Positions 23,240-37,740 of a DNA stretch of 64,000 bases are shown piece by piece; position 1 is the first letter of the stretch; each line of letters begins with the position of its first letter. A model generated the notes under the pieces. It was not told where the DNA came from. It ran no database searches and saw only the letters and a list, made by a program, of their open reading frames with translations. Position numbers and translations under genes: made by a program. Location: assembly GCF_963506605.1 (NCBI RefSeq), contig NC_083281.1:39494001-39558000 (forward strand), read 5' to 3'. The stretch is from Zootoca vivipara. Lineage: Eukaryota.

Positions 23240-24904
23240 GAAGCTATAACCAAGGACATTAAGATCATGCAATTATAAACATGCAAAATTAGCTATTTCT
23301 TTATCTGCAATAACTTTAACCCTCTCTCTCTTCTGTCCTCACAACCACCCTGTGAGGCAGGTTGGGCAAATACTACATGAGTGGCTCAGACATAAGCAGA
23401 CATTCAATGCAAGAGGAAGTCCATTGCGAGCATAACTCATTCAAGTGGGGACAGCCATATTCTGTGTCTAAATCCATTTAAAATGGATTCCTCCTCCCTC
23501 CCTACAACAAACTGTAGGAGCCAAATATTAGAGGACTCACACAATAGTCTAGAAAATTATCAGGATTCCCACCATCCTGCTTTTCTTTGTTTTATATTTG
23601 AGCATTTGATTCTGCAGCACAGTCAAAGCTCGTGAAGTGTGGACCTGATTTGTGCTTAAGCATGAGACCACTGGGAATCTAGCTAAATTGTGCAAGGACT
23701 TGTTTATTTCAAAATTACATTTAAGTTTTGTTGTTATTGTTATTAGAGATGCCATTCATTTTTGTTATTCATTAAAATCATATTTGGTCTCTTACATGAT
23801 AATTAAAGTCACGTTTGTTTCATTACATTCATTCTTCTTCCATATGTTGCTTTCCCCCCTCCTCAACCCCTTTCTTTGGAAAACTTATGGCAACACTGAA
23901 ACTGATTCCATTACCTGCCCCTTGGAGGCCACCATTTTATTTTCCCAGATCCCCCTGACATGACATTGTTATGGGGAATTCTGGGGGTGAAATTCCTCCA
24001 CCCCCCCAGAATGCCCCAGAATGATGCAACACGCAGGGCAACTAGAAAAAAATAGAATGGTTGCCTTCAGGAGACAGCCGGTGAAATCAGTTCTGCTGAT
24101 CCTAGTGAAGAGACGCCACCAAATATGTTTTCTAAATACTGCAATCTACAGAATCTTTTAAAATCAGGGGTCGGCCTCCCAAAGTGGTCAATAGCCAGGG
24201 ATGATGGGAGCTGCAGTCCAGCAACATCTTGGAGGGCCACACATTCCCTATTCTGTCTCTTAAATAGTGGGCGCCATGTCAACGTGGACCAGTTGCTCCT
24301 AGAGTGTTTGATCAGCTACTGCTGCCTGGGCCACAGTAACTCTCCTACAGTTTTTCTGGTGTAATGCCAATGTCAGTGAGATGAGGTGCAAATTCAGAAA
24401 GGCTCTCCCCATTGCCACTCTTGATGGTGCAAAAAAGGGGGGGCATATTAGATTGGACACTAAGCCACAAGCACTCCGCGGAGATTGTACAAGACTGACA
24501 TTAATGAAAATGAGATTGGATTCAAATGCAAAGAAAGTCCACGGGGGGCAGACCAGAGTGACACAACTATAAATAGGATAAGATGTAATTCTGGAGTAAC
24601 TTTAACTTGGCTTACTATCGAGTGACATTAATGTTCGGGGTTTTAGATGGATAAATGGGAGATCCTTTTTTTTTTCTTTACTCTTTTTCTGTGATGAGCC
24701 CTAACTTCACAGCCTTGTTCGTAATCTGCAAAATTGTCGTCCCCCCCCCACCCCACTCTACCACTTTTTGTCAATTCTTGGGGAAGCTACAAAGATTGGC
24801 GAAGTTGTTCCACGAAAGTCTGCCAAAGCAAGTGAGCAAAGCTACGTTATTGTTATATTTTGCCTTTCCTCCCAGGAGCTCATGGTGGTAAACATGGAGG
24901 AAAA

Positions 24905-25082
24905 AGCTATTAGTGTCTACTAGGCATGATGGCTATGCTCCATCTCCATGGTTGGAAGCCACAGGTGGTGAATGTGCTCTTCTGCTTGGGGTCCTGCTGT
25001 TGGACTTCCCCCAGACATCTGGCTGGCCATTGTGAAAACAGGATAGTGGACTAAATGGGCTGTTGGCCTGATCCAGCAGGGT
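24905..25082 (+). mobile_element. CR1-like 3' UTR fragment
   Basis: gctattagtgtctactagg...ggactaaatgggctgttggcctgatccagcagg. Similar fragments lie near 7810, 39600, 59820, 61110 and 62750. Confidence 0.6.
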
Positions 25083-26111
25083 CAGGCTGGTGATTTACCA
25101 GCTTGTGTAAATAAAGGAAAAGAAAGAGAGGGTGCCGGTCACTAGTCACTGTGATTGGTTGGTCCCTCTGCTCTCATAATTGGCCTCATTACATGTTCCT
25201 GTGCTGCAGAGCTTCTAGACCAGGGGTTGTTACACAATGGTGTCCACAATCCTCTGAGCCCCCCACTCTGAGGGTGGCTAGCTTTCAATCCCTTGAAAAG
25301 TACATCAAACTGAAAGAGGAAGTTGGAAAAGTGAGTTCAACAGAGGCAGACACTGAAACTTTGAAGGAGCAAGAAGCTTGGGGCCAGTCCCACCATCTGG
25401 ATGATTGCAAGTAAGACGGCAAGAAGGTAGGTGCTGGCTGGGGCTAATGGGCATTGTAGTCCAAAACAGCTGGAGGGCACCAGGTTGCCAAAGGCTGGCA
25501 TCACTCACTGTCAGTGCCACTGTCCAGCACTCATTTATCTGCAATTAAAAGGGGAGGAGTTTTGGTGTAAATGTTCAGCTTGCCTCTTTCCTACAGCCTC
25601 CTCCACTAAAGGTCACTTGAGATGAGATAAACAGGCTGTCACCAAGCTGGACCAATTCTGTCTGAGTTTTGAGGGCAATGTAAGGCATGGCTTAATGGAG
25701 CCAGACAGGGTAGTTGAATCACTGGAGCAGATAAGCCCCATCCATAATGAATTTTCTTCTTTGTGCCGAGCTCCTCTTCCCGCCAGGAGCCCCCTAACGC
25801 CTTTAATTTAAAAGCTCTGTAATCTATTCCCTTACCTGCTGCTTCTTAAACTTGTGTTGATTTCCTCCTCTGGGCCTCTCAGGCAGCCTGACATTCTAAC
25901 TGTCTTCTGCTTCTCCTTTTGTTTGCTTTCCCTTTCTTCCTGGTGAGCAGCCGCAGGCCGCTCTATTCCCTTTCTGTCGAGGTACTTACAACAGGCTCCC
26001 GTCCCTTCCTTTCCTTTTTCTTCATTCCTTTCTCTAATGCACAGAGACAAGAAATCTGCTGTGAGTGTATACGTTGGGTTTGGGTTTTTTTTGCATGTTC
26101 CCGTCACACCA

Positions 26112-26365
26112 AGGCCACATTCACACCAGACATTTAAAGCACTATTGTATCACTTTAAACAGTTGTGCCAACCCCCAAAGAATTCTGGGAGCTGTAGTTT
26201 GTTAAGGGTGCTGTGAGGTGTTAGGAGACCCTTATTCCCCTCACAGTGCTACAATTCCCAGAGCTCCCTGTGAAGAGAGATTGGTTGTTAAATCACCCTG
26301 AGAATAGTAGCTCTGGGAGCAGACTAGGGGTCTTCCTAACAAGAACCATGACTATAAAGCGGTAT
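26112..26365. mobile_element. Palindromic squamate MITE
   Basis: ggccacattcacacc...gtagtttgttaagggtgctg also occurs at 51735-51865 and, inverted, at 35540-35650. Confidence 0.7.
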
Positions 26366-28141
26366 GATCCTATGGGTGTATAGAGCAGATGTGTCCTCAG
26401 CTGTTGTGAGGATAAAATGGGATAACTTTGGGGAAATGTGTAGAACCCCTGTCCTAAGAAATGTGTTTAGTCTCTGTAACCCTTTTATAGCTTCTCTTAA
26501 GGTTCCTGAGACATTTTACTTTGGGATGCTCCCAAAATCACATTAAATTTCATTCTTGGAAGAAACTGAGTTAACTCTAAGCTCATGTGCACTGCTGACT
26601 GCTTATAAGAATAGTGAACTACAAATTCCATGAAAAAGTAGCTAGTTGGGCTTCCAAAAAATCAGATGGGTGAAATCATATAATGAAGAAACTGCCTTAT
26701 ACTGAATCAGAGCACTAATATAATGCTTAATATTTCAAAGGGAAAAAAATCTCACACTAAAACATCAGAAAAAAAAACAATCCATAATAAAACATTATGG
26801 AAGAAAGTCAAATATAAAGTTTATATTCAAAGCAACATAATTAATAGGAAACTAAAATATTATCTTAAAGATTTCAAAATAAAACGTTATAAAGGAGATC
26901 AACAACAGAATGCATATTCAATACAGCAAAGTTTGCAAAAATATCTTAAACATTTCAAAAGAAAACATTACTAAAGGAAGTTAGATATCAAATGCACATT
27001 TAAAACAGCCTAATTAACAAGAAAATAAAATATTATCATAAGCATAGAACACACAGTATCTGCTGATCTTGCTGCCAGTCCTACCAGTGGTGGTTCATAG
27101 TGGGCGGTGGCTGTCAAAGCTCAGACTCAATGACCTAGATCTGCAGTTAAGAGACTGCCAATATGGTCTTTGGCCTCCCTGCGGGGATGGGACCCTGATT
27201 GACTCCAACTACAAAAGCTAGGACTGCTGTAGTTGGAGTCAATCAGGGCCCCGTCCCCCCAGGTCAGGTGGGAAAAGCCCTCAAGGAAGGAAGCAGTTCT
27301 TCCAGGACTCACAGCCAAGATGGTCCAGCTTATCAGATTCCAGCTGTCTGCCAAACCTTCCCATACATAACTTCCTTGCATAGCTAACATGAAGGCCTAT
27401 AAACAAGAGATGTTTTGTTTAAAAAAAATCTGAAAGTGAAAAATCTTATTCTGTCTCAATGACCCATCCAAAATCTAAAGCTCTAATTGCCGGGTGGGCA
27501 TCGCAGCTGGATTCCACTTAAATTGGTTATTATGCCAAGAGAGAGAATTGTTCCCTTTGATGCAGAATATGCAACCAGATGAGACAAACACTTTTGAGAA
27601 AGCAAAGCTTTCTTTTCTTTTTTCCTGCATGACAATCCATAACAATAAAAGAACATCAGGAGAAGATTGAGGCCCAAACCGTCCAATTAGCTATGTGGAT
27701 GCCTTGTAACATCCGCAAGGCGACATCCCTTCTCTTTGTGTTACCTTAAAGAGTCTCTTTGGTCATTTAAAAAAGCTGTGGCATTTCCATGCATTTGAAT
27801 CATCTTGCCTTTGGGACCCAGGATTTGGTTTAACTTCAGCCAATTTGCTTTTGAAGCAAGAGTTTAAGGTGTTGAACAACTTGGGGCCTGGTTACCTGAG
27901 AGAGCACTTGTGCCTGACTACCAAGATCTCAAGATGAGGATCTCTTGCTTGTGCTACAGCCAGTGGATGTACGTCTGGCAGCCACCAACAAGAGGACCTT
28001 CTCTGTAGTGACACCCAGTTTATAGATCCATCTCCACCTAGAAACAAGGCAGGCATCACTGAGTTTTGGAACCTGCCAGAAAGCACATTAATCTTTCTGG
28101 AACTTTGAGGGCTTCTGATAACTGTCCTTGAGAATTTATTA

Positions 28142-28680
28142 CATACCCTCCAACATTTGGCTAATGAAAATTAGGACACCCATCCTTTGGTTCCCAGCAC
28201 CAAAAGATGGGTGTTTTAATTATTATTTGATTTCCTCACCTCAGTTCTGGCCAACTCTGGCCTCTGAGCCACAGGTTGTGGTGGTGGCAGCTTCTGCTGC
28301 TCCCGTTGAGGAGGAGGCAGCTCCCAGTCTTGGCTGGTCTACAAAGCATATGGCCAGAAGCAGTGAAGGAAGTGGCTGGAGCTGCACAAGGCCTGCCATT
28401 CCTGGCACTGAACTCAATGTGGCCTTCAGGCCCATTGCCAGCAGCACCCAAGACCAACGCTCATGTCCCTCACCTTGGAATTCTTCTTAAGGAGAATGAG
28501 CATTAACGAGATCTAGAGATCTTTTGCAAAGGCATTATTTTCTCCAGCCATGCAACAGAAGCCTTAAAGACACCCTGCCCTCTTGCTCAGCATCCACCTC
28601 TTTGATTTGAAAATAGGGAGGCATGTCTTTTGGTGCTGCTGACTAATTTGCCGAGAGCAGGTGGCACTTGGAGGGCTCTA
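28142..28680. mobile_element. MITE with CATACCCTCCAA termini, degraded
   Basis: cataccctccaac ... cttggagggctc. Confidence 0.5.
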
Positions 28681-28926
28681 CAATTCCAGGCTGTACAATT
28701 TCCTCTGGCAGAAAACCTTCATTGATCAGCATTTGGATTTATGCAAGTAATTATAATTTACCCTTACTGCCCCCTCATCTCAATGCCATTTGGAAAGTGG
28801 GAGCTCAGAAAGGCGATCATAGATCTCCTGCTCAATTCCTCTTCTAGTGTCAATATGGAGTTTCAACATGCTACACCAACTAGTTCCCTGTGCAACAGAG
28901 ACACCTTCCATGGCCCTCCTATAAAT

Positions 28927-29220
28927 CAGGGATGGGAAACCACTCTCAGCCTGAGGACCATATACCCTCCTGGGGAAACCTCCGGCGGCCACATGCCAGT
29001 GATGGGCAGGCCTCACACACCTCTCCTCACTCCCCAACCAGGCAAGTAAGAAGCATTATCAGAGTCCAAGGACACATTTCAGCCAGGCAGGAACACTCAA
29101 GGCATGGCTGGTGAGAGCTGTGACTGCAGAGCTTGTGGGACCTGGAGAGAGTTCTGAAGGCCGGACAAAGAAGCCTGGAGGGCTGCATGTGGCCCCCAGG
29201 CTGGAGCATCCACATCCCTG
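28927..29220. mobile_element. hAT (Charlie-like) non-autonomous element
   Basis: CAGGGATG...CATCCCTG termini; TSD CTATAAAT/TTAGAAAT (6 of 8 match). Confidence 0.7.
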
Positions 29221-30613
29221 TTAGAAATGCTTCTGGATAAAGCTTGGGGTTTCTTTGGGCAACAGTGAGCTTTGACCTTATCTGCCCGCTGTTATCAAGG
29301 GCCCTTTGGGTAATTCCTTTGCTCTTGTGTGTTTGATGGGTGGCACCCCAGGAGAAGGCTTCCTCTATGGCAGCCCTCGAGTTGTGCAACTCCCTCTGGA
29401 ACCTTGATTGTGTAGCTTTCATCACCTGTGCCTCTTTACCCTGGCCTTTGACATCTGAACGATATCTATAGGAGTCACCTTGTCCTTGTGATGCAAATTG
29501 GTTTAACAGATGTTACAATTTTATTTTTTTAATTGTTGCAATCTACCTTGGGACCTAGTGGTGAAGAAAGGAAGGTAGGAAATCCTATAATTAAATGAAT
29601 GAATATCTGTCCTGGTTTGACTGAGGCTCTGGTTCCAGGCATCCCTACTCCTCACCCTGCAAATCTATAACCTGCCTACAGCCAGGAACATCATGATATG
29701 AAAACACAATCTCTTCAGTAAAAGGAAAATGAAAGTTCTCTTTTGTTGGGCCATGGACAGAAAATTGGGATTTAGATGTATACAACAAATAAATGTGAAA
29801 GAAGCAATAGCTTCATTATTATTATTTACCTATTAATTTTAACTGAATACTTGCAAGCAAGCCATCGAAGTCTGTCATCCCCTTGCTTTTTAATTTTATC
29901 TAATTTTATTGGTTTTTAAAAATGGTCCCAGTGCAATGAATTATATAACATGGAATTATCTTGTTCATTCTCAGCAGGGCCTTAAGCATCTTGTGTAACT
30001 GGGATAATTCAAGGTAATGAGCCTGTACTTATTGTGGCATGTACCTGTAGGATGTTATTTGAAAGAGGACTTCATTATTGCTATTGTTGTCATCATAGGA
30101 TCTGTAGTATAGCACTTATTTGGCATGCAAGAGGTTCGAGTTCAATGCCTGCCATCTCCTGAAACATGGAGAGACCCTGTCAATCAGGGTAGGCAACACT
30201 GAGCTAGATAGAAAGGTCTGTAGTGCAGTGGTAGAAACACATCCTGGGTCTTCAGTTCCGTATTGTCTACAACCTTTGGCCTTCTAGATATTGCTGAACT
30301 ACAGCTCCCACCAGCTCCAGGAAGCATAGCCAATGGTCAGGGAAGATGGGAGTTGCAGTTTCACAACATCTGGAAGGCCATTGATAAGGTTGCCATGTGT
30401 CCTCTTTTTCCAGGACAGATCCTCGTTTTCAGGGGTAAAATTTGAGACAAATTGCATTCATTTGTTTTGAATGGCCATCATAGCATCCTCTTTTTTGCTC
30501 TTCAAAATATGGCAGACCCAAAGGTTTCCCTTTCCTGTCCATGTAATACTGAACAAAATGGACCAGGCTTTGTATAAAACAACTTCCCATCCTGTAAAAA
30601 TTAGAAGCCCTTA

Positions 30614-30815
30614 GAAGGGCTGTGACTCAGGGTGGTGAAGCACAGGCTTTGCACATGAATGGTCCCTGCTTCAATCCCAACATCTCCAGGCAGGACTGAA
30701 AAGGGAACATACCCTGCCCAAAATCTTGGAGAGCCCCTGCCAGTCAGTGTAGTTGACACTCAGCTGGATGCACCAACCCCCTGACTCATGGCAAGGAAGC
30801 TTCCAGTGTTCCTGT
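30614..30815 (+). mobile_element. Squam2-like SINE
   Basis: Head, body ggagagcccctgccagtcagtgtag, and tail gcttccagtgttcctgtg. Confidence 0.75.
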
Positions 30816-31138
30816 GTGTGTGTCTGGAATGGTAAAAGGCTGTCGTTATTAAGTGTCTTTAAGTGGAGCAGGCCCAATAATGCTTGGATCTAATTAGTTA
30901 CAAGCACTTCTACTTTGGTGACAAAGCTGGATTTGAACACATGGAATGCTCCATTCCTGGCATGGCAATGCATGCTAATTACTGGCAGCAGCTGCTGAAC
31001 AGCAAAGCCTGGCACAGTTGTGATAAAGGCCAGGTCTGCGTAAATCCAACCAGACGCATGCCACTCGGGCCTAAATACTTTGTTTTAATATCTGTAGCCA
31101 ATCCCAGGGCTTTTTGGCAAATAGTCTTTTGTAAGACA

Positions 31139-31142
<4 letters not shown>

Positions 31143-31196
<54 letters not shown>
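31143..31196. repeat. (GA)n microsatellite
   Basis: Pure GA run. Confidence 0.97.
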
Positions 31197-31200
<4 letters not shown>

Positions 31201-31687
31201 CCCAGAGACTGTCCTCGCTGCATCTTGAAAAGAGGTAATAAAAATGAATAGACTTTATTCCCCTGCGATGCTCATTCGATCTCAGCCTCCATTCTTTCCA
31301 CACATGCTTTCTCGTCACATCTTTTCCCTGGCCTTGCAAAGATCAGGACTTGAGGAGAGGAAGAAGACAATTTACTGCAGAGGGAGCAGGAAGTTTTTAC
31401 AATGGGCTGATTTGCAGGTCCAGAGGGTGGAGAGCAAGCCAGATTCTTTCAGGGTTTGATACTTAAGTCTGATTGGGTAGAGATTGAGCTGAAGCCGACA
31501 CTAAAATAGGCTATAGAGAGAGAAGCCAACTCCCAGTGTTTGTTATTTCTGCAGTGGCGTCCTCATCCCCTGATGGTGGCTGCTGGCAGGAAGGGGTAAA
31601 GATATGGCCAAGGAACTTCCACTTCTGCAGAGGTCCCTGCCACACCCAGCTTGGTGGGATGTCATTGCGGGCAGCAGAGAGAGCATG

Positions 31688-31822
31688 TGGTCTATCTAGC
31701 TCAGTATTGTCTACACTGCCTGGGAATGACTGAACTCTCTCTGTTTGGAGGTGATGAGGATTGAACCTGGGACTTTTTGTATGCAAAGCAGATTCTCTAC
31801 CACTGAGCTATGGGCCTGCCCC
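31688..31822 (-). mobile_element. Squam2-like SINE
   Basis: ggattgaacctgggac...ctctaccactgagcta is the reverse complement of the tRNA-like head. Confidence 0.75.
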
Positions 31823-33278
31823 AACTTCTGGAGTGCCACAGGTTCCCCACTCCTGTTCTTGATGCAACTGATGGCCTGTTGATGTAAAAAGAATGACAGA
31901 CCTCATGGGTCTTCGTCTGGTCCAGCCCAGATGTTCTTATGCCATGTGTGGCTGTCATAGGACATCTGCCTAGATTTAAAGCAGGCTCTATGGTCTTTGG
32001 CTCAGTTCAGCAGCTCTAGGCCTTGCCCTTCTACCAATGGAGCAACACTGCAGGCGTCAAGGTCAGGGAAGACGTGAAGCTGCTTCCATGATATTAATAT
32101 TACATTGAGAAGATGTAATGGAGAATGTGAATGAAGGCTATCAGTCACCAGCTCATAATCCATCACAGTGAGGGTGGAAGGTGACAGTGACTTTTGTTTA
32201 TTGTACCAGCTCTCTTTGGCAAGAAAAGCACAGGAAGAATTTCCCCAGAGTGAAGCTTGTTAACTAGTAAAGTACAATCAATATAGGTGTGAGTCACCCA
32301 AAACTTTCCACCCACTGATTTCAATCTGGTAAGGCTTAAGTATAATAGCAGCTGGAGGAGGAGAGGGCAAGAGGCTATGGAAAGAACTGTGAGTGGAGGG
32401 GTGTCCTTTCCCCATTCTTGGGACCCCCTGGGAAACTCACCAAACCTGCTGAACCTGAAACTGTGTGTGGAAAGCGCAGCTGGCAGCTGAATTAGACTAT
32501 TTGCTATTGTTGTAGCAAAGCAATGTAATTTTTTTATTTAAAAAATGTAAATGAAGCTTTATAAATAGTTTTTTTTTAAATCCTTCCCTGTTGTACTTTA
32601 ACCAAAAAAAATATAGAGCTCTTCAGCGCTTTGCAGGAAATATTTTGGACAGTCTCACTTTTTGTAAGCTAAAACCCATGGAACTAGAGAAACAGTTATG
32701 AGTGCCATATAAATACAGACATAGCAGAGTTCCACAATGCTCTATGGGGGCCCTGATCCACCTCAAAGTGTATAAATGTCATGGTGCTTTGACTCAGAAG
32801 GTAGGAAAGACCCCCAAACAACCCTGATTCGCCTCAATATTTGGCCTACAGTCAGAGCTGATGCAGACTCCTAATGCATATTATTATTAATAGGAAAGGA
32901 AAGGAAAGGAAAGGGGAGAAATAGAAATTTAATAGACTGTGCATTATTTCCATTTACTGAAAACTGCATTCCATGTTTGGAAACAACTAACTCTTTCTGT
33001 TCCAAACAATAAACAACATCCATCTTTTTTACCCCCAAAATAAATCTTACCTTAGTCTCCTTTTGCCTTTGATCCCAAAAGGTGTGTAACATTTGCCACT
33101 GGAATGAATGCATTGCTATATTTAACTTTTAATATCATATTCATCACCTCATGATATAGACTTCCCAGGCAACATTTACAAGAAGTTAAATGAAAACAAC
33201 TTTATATTGTTATTAGATCGGGAGCTCAATCTGTTTGATGCCCATGGGTTCCTTCCCAGGCCTGTTTATAATCTAGTA

Positions 33279-33598
33279 CAGGGGTCAGCAAACTTTTTCA
33301 GCAGGGGGCTGGTCCACTGTCCCTCAGACCTTGTGGGGGGCCGGACTATATTGGGGGGGGGAGAAATGAACAAATTCCTATGCCCCACAAATAACCCAGA
33401 ATGCATTTTAAATAAAAGCACACATTCTACTCATGTAAAAACACCAGGCAGACCCCACAAATAACCCAGAGATGCATTTTAAATAAAAGGACACATTCTA
33501 ATCATGTAAAAACACGCTGATTCTTGGACCGTCCATGGGCCGGATTTAGAAGGCGATTGGGCCCCATTCGCCCCTGGGCCTTAGTTTCCCTATCCATA
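33279..33598. mobile_element. hAT (Charlie-like) MITE
   Basis: Starts CAGGGGTCAGCAAACT; TSD ATCTAGTA/ATCTAGTT; internal ~70-bp tandem duplication. Confidence 0.85.
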
Positions 33599-36194
33599 AT
33601 CTAGTTAGTAGAACAAACTATTGGATTTAGCAAATCAGTTCCTTTGTTAAGGTAATGACTTCGGCTGACTAGTTAAGTACTCCTATTTTCCTTATCCAAA
33701 TAGATTGCTCTTTTGCTATAGATACAAATGGGTGGACCTTTCCCCACCTCATCTGGCTGGATGTCCCCTCATCCTAGTCTGGAGAACAATAGGACAAGGG
33801 GAGCTGTATATGGGAGAGTTTTGGCTGATGCTGGAAGTTGAATACAGAGACACCTTTGGCTCTGTGCTAAACCCACAGTCAGCTTTGGGGTTTCCCTGGA
33901 AACATAATGAGGAAGCAAGATCTGCTGGAGTGTTAATGCTGTGAGCTCCTCCACCCTATGTTCAGGTTCTCTATCTGTGTAAATAAAAAGATATGTCCAC
34001 CACAGACTCTGTTGCCCTTCATTCCAAGGAAACTGAATCCTACGTTAAGTGCACGAACCCCTGGAGTCTCTTGCCACTCAGTGACCAGGACGCATGCAAC
34101 AATATTTAAATATAAAGTTGCATTTGTTTAACTGTGCTGCATGTTGTCTAGAAAATCTATATTATGAGGTGACTCGTGCATCAAACAAACAAATAAATAA
34201 AGTCAATCCTACTGTGTCTTCTCCCAATGTACAGTGACCACCTGCCCCTCCTTCCCCCAGCCCAGGGGACTGCCCCAGATAGCGATCTCAAAGTCTACAA
34301 TTTGTGCAGATGGTTTTCCCATCACTGACAAACCTGCACACGGGAGCCCTGTTGCTTTGAATCCCTTAAATGCAATTACCACCAAACAGAGCCCAAGCCG
34401 CAAGAGTTCAGGCGGCTGCTACTCCTGTTGAATGTACAATTAACAAACTAATCTGAGGATGTGATAATTGATGTCACTTCATACCGAGCCTACGATAACA
34501 AAAGAAGCCCGAGAGATCTCTCTCCCGTCCTGCCAGTGACATGGAACTGGGAAATTTAATCGCATCGATACGGGGGGTCAGACACTTGGAAGCCATTTCC
34601 ATATTTATTGACAAATTTAATTTACACCCTGAATTTTCACTTTGCCAAGTGTATTCTTTAACTGCAGACTGTATTGGTCTTTAGCAGCTGGCAACCCTCC
34701 CCGCTTTTGTCTTTCAGACTTTTTTTCTTCTTTTTAGCACAAAGATGCTGACTTTTTTTAAAAAAAGATCCATATGGTTGTAACAATTTCAAAGAAAAAA
34801 CTTTTAAGTGTCCATTTTAAGAATTGAGATGCAAATTAATTGCAGCACACAACAATCTGGGAAGGAAGCAGCAGAATAGGAAATTATATGGTTGTGAGGC
34901 ACTCATACACATTCTTTGACTGAAAGAGGACCCTCAAGGCCTCTTTCCTATCAAGAACGTTGTGTGGTCCATGCTGGTTTCTCTGAAGCTGGAGATTTGA
35001 TGATTTTCTGTTATTTTATTGCAAGGGTGGCCAATTAGGTGCCCTCCAGACTGTAGCTCCCATAATCCCCGATCATTGGCCTTACTGGCCAAAGTTGATG
35101 GGAGTTGGAGTCCAATAATATCTAGAGAGCCACAGGTTCTTCATTTTGTGACCTAGACTGTGGAACTCATTCTTTGAAAGGACACTGCAACCATCTCCAA
35201 AACAGGCTATTTCTAAGTTGGTTGGCATAAGAGTGCAATCTTGTTTTTTGAGCAACCTTAACAAACTATAGCTCACAAAATTCTTTGAGGGAAGCCATGA
35301 CTATTTGATACAGTGAAGGCTGAGGTGCCTTGTTGCTGTACTTGGTCCTACAGACCAAATTGGCAGATTTTTCAACAATATGCAGGCTAATAATGATGTT
35401 GGAGTGTTGGTTACTATTTCCTCCAGTGAAGACTCCTCTATTGGGCAAAGTGAACTGTAACCCTTCCAAGATTCTTCTGCTCATCTCCTCTGCTAGAGGG
35501 AATTATTGTGAAATCACTCTGGAAATTGCAGCTCTGTGTGGGGAACTCCCTGCACCCTTAAAGAACTACAGCTCCCATAATTCCTTGTGGGAAGTCATGA
35601 CTGTTTAGGATGGTATCATGGTGCCTTAACTGTGTGGTGTGAATGTAGCCTGAGTGTACTGAAATTCCTGGTTAGACAGATCAATCAGGAACAGATTACC
35701 CGAGGTTAGGGTATTTTGAAAAAAGCATGTGTAAACCCACAACAGTCAAATGCTCTTCTCTGATAGATTTTTTTGAGGAACATTTTTCAGTTTTCATTTC
35801 CTATTCACACACACTTGTTCTGTCACATTCTGCCATTAATCTCTTGTTAAGTTTAAGGTTTCTATTTCTTCTTGCCGGTCCACACACACGCCATCAAAGA
35901 GACAACAAAATGGATCCTGATATGTAACAAATAGGAAGTGTTAAGGTTACCTGATAATTGCTTTCTTACTAAGACATGGGCCATGCATCTCCCTAGCTCT
36001 GAGGAGACTTTCCTTGAAACCTGTTGACAGCTATTTCTAACCACCTCAAAGGTGCTTTGAACCTGTCTGGAAAGTTCAGTGTAGGGGAGGGGGGGGGAAG
36101 AGAAGGACAGTCTTATTTCTAAATGTGATTTGCTCTTCTAGATGACTGAGTGACGAGCAGAAGATATAATGCAAGTCTAAAACTTGCTTTATAG

Positions 36195-36538
36195 CAGGTG
36201 TGAGGAACCCTTTTGGCCCACCGTGCAAGCCAATTTTGACAGATGAGAAGGACAACCCCCCTGCCAATCAAATGATGCCATTATGACCCCATGATTGACA
36301 CCTGGCTGTTGGGCACTTGGGAACCACATTGCAAAGGGCATTGCCAGTCCTATATCCAGTGCTTTGGGAAGCTCTGAGCATAGACCTGGCAACGCCCTAG
36401 CTTCACCCTCTTGCATATCAGCTGAGTTCATGAATGATAGATGGGTATGGTTGGTTTGGGGGAAATGGTCACAAGGGCCAGGATTGGATCCCCTTGTAGG
36501 CCAAGATTAGCCCTCGGGCCAGAGGTTCCCCACCTCCG
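36195..36538. mobile_element. hAT non-autonomous element
   Basis: CAGGTGTGAGGAACC...GGTTCCCCACCTCCG; perfect TSD CTTTATAG. Confidence 0.85.
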
Positions 36539-36564
36539 CTTTATAGTGTTCCACTGGGCCATTC

Positions 36565-36678
36565 AAGTGGTAGTAGCTCTCAAAGGTTTCAGGCAGGGAA
36601 CATTCTCAGCCCTACCTGGAGATGCTGAGGATTGAACCTGATACCTTCTGGTTGCAAAGTGAATGCTCTACCACTTAG
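36565..36678 (-). mobile_element. Squam2-like SINE fragment
   Basis: ccctacctggagatgctgaggattgaacctg...gctctaccact. Confidence 0.7.
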
Positions 36679-37740
36679 TTTAAGAGGCAGTCCATTAAGG
36701 TAGGATGGCATTGGGGCAGGAGCAGCAGCTTAATGAGAAAAGTTTTGCAGTGGTCATCCTTTAGATTTCCAGGATTGAACCCATCAGTAGTTCTGGTGCA
36801 GTGCTTTATTTTTGGCTCCAGGAATAAATAAATTGCCTGTTATAAAGGGCATGCCACATAGGGCTATTGGGGTGCTTCCTTGGGATTGTGTAAGTGGAGA
36901 TTACTATTTATTAAGATGTTTTTAAAAGGATTTTTGTCTTCCCTCCTCCTAGGCAACAAAGCATGCTCTAGCCCATTACCTGAGCATTACCTTCCTTGAG
37001 ATAGTCAATAATTATGGGACAAGGTTAACAGCCAGGCTATTCCAAAAGATTTTGAAGATCAGCGATATGCCAATGGCCACTTTCTAACCCAAAATCTATT
37101 AAGACATTTCTGTTCTGCTGTCCCTAGGAATAAAATCCTGAAGAAGAAATTGTATCTCCATTAAAGAGAAATAGAGGAGGGAAGGAAGGGGAGACTACTT
37201 ATGATCAGTCCCTTTGCTTCTAGCATAGAACAGTTATCGGCCTCTGCAGGCTTCTTTTATGTCAAGAAGGATGCTATAAGACATCAGTCTAGAAAGTAGA
37301 CTGGGTCTGGTGAGGACTACATAACCTTTACTTTCACTGTTGTACTTTTTGACTTTAACGGTTTTGACTTGTATTCTTCTTTCAGAAAGGAGATGACTAT
37401 CAGCTACATTGCAGGACACAAGGTGAGACTGTCATATGTTTTATATTGAGCCCTGTGTGTCTAAAGCAGGGAAGGAGTTGAGCTTCTGGGAAGACTTTCT
37501 TCATGGAGGAGGACCAGAGGGCCCTTCATTAGAATTCTCAACAATATTTCACCTAGGCAAATTTAGGTCTTTCTTTCTCTCTCACACACAAACATATCAG
37601 AAGTGAAGGCATGGCGAGGGGAATTTCTCCATTGTGCTACATGCAACCCAAGGTTGTCTAAAGTGAGAAGCAAAGGTTTGAGGCTCTTCCTCAAGCAAAG
37701 CATCTGAAGGAATATTGTGGAAGCCAAAAGAGTGCAGATA

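Noticed and set aside
25825-25990. Splice-like signals on both strands around a pyrimidine tract
   Set aside because: No consistent exon with both a good acceptor and a good donor on one strand.
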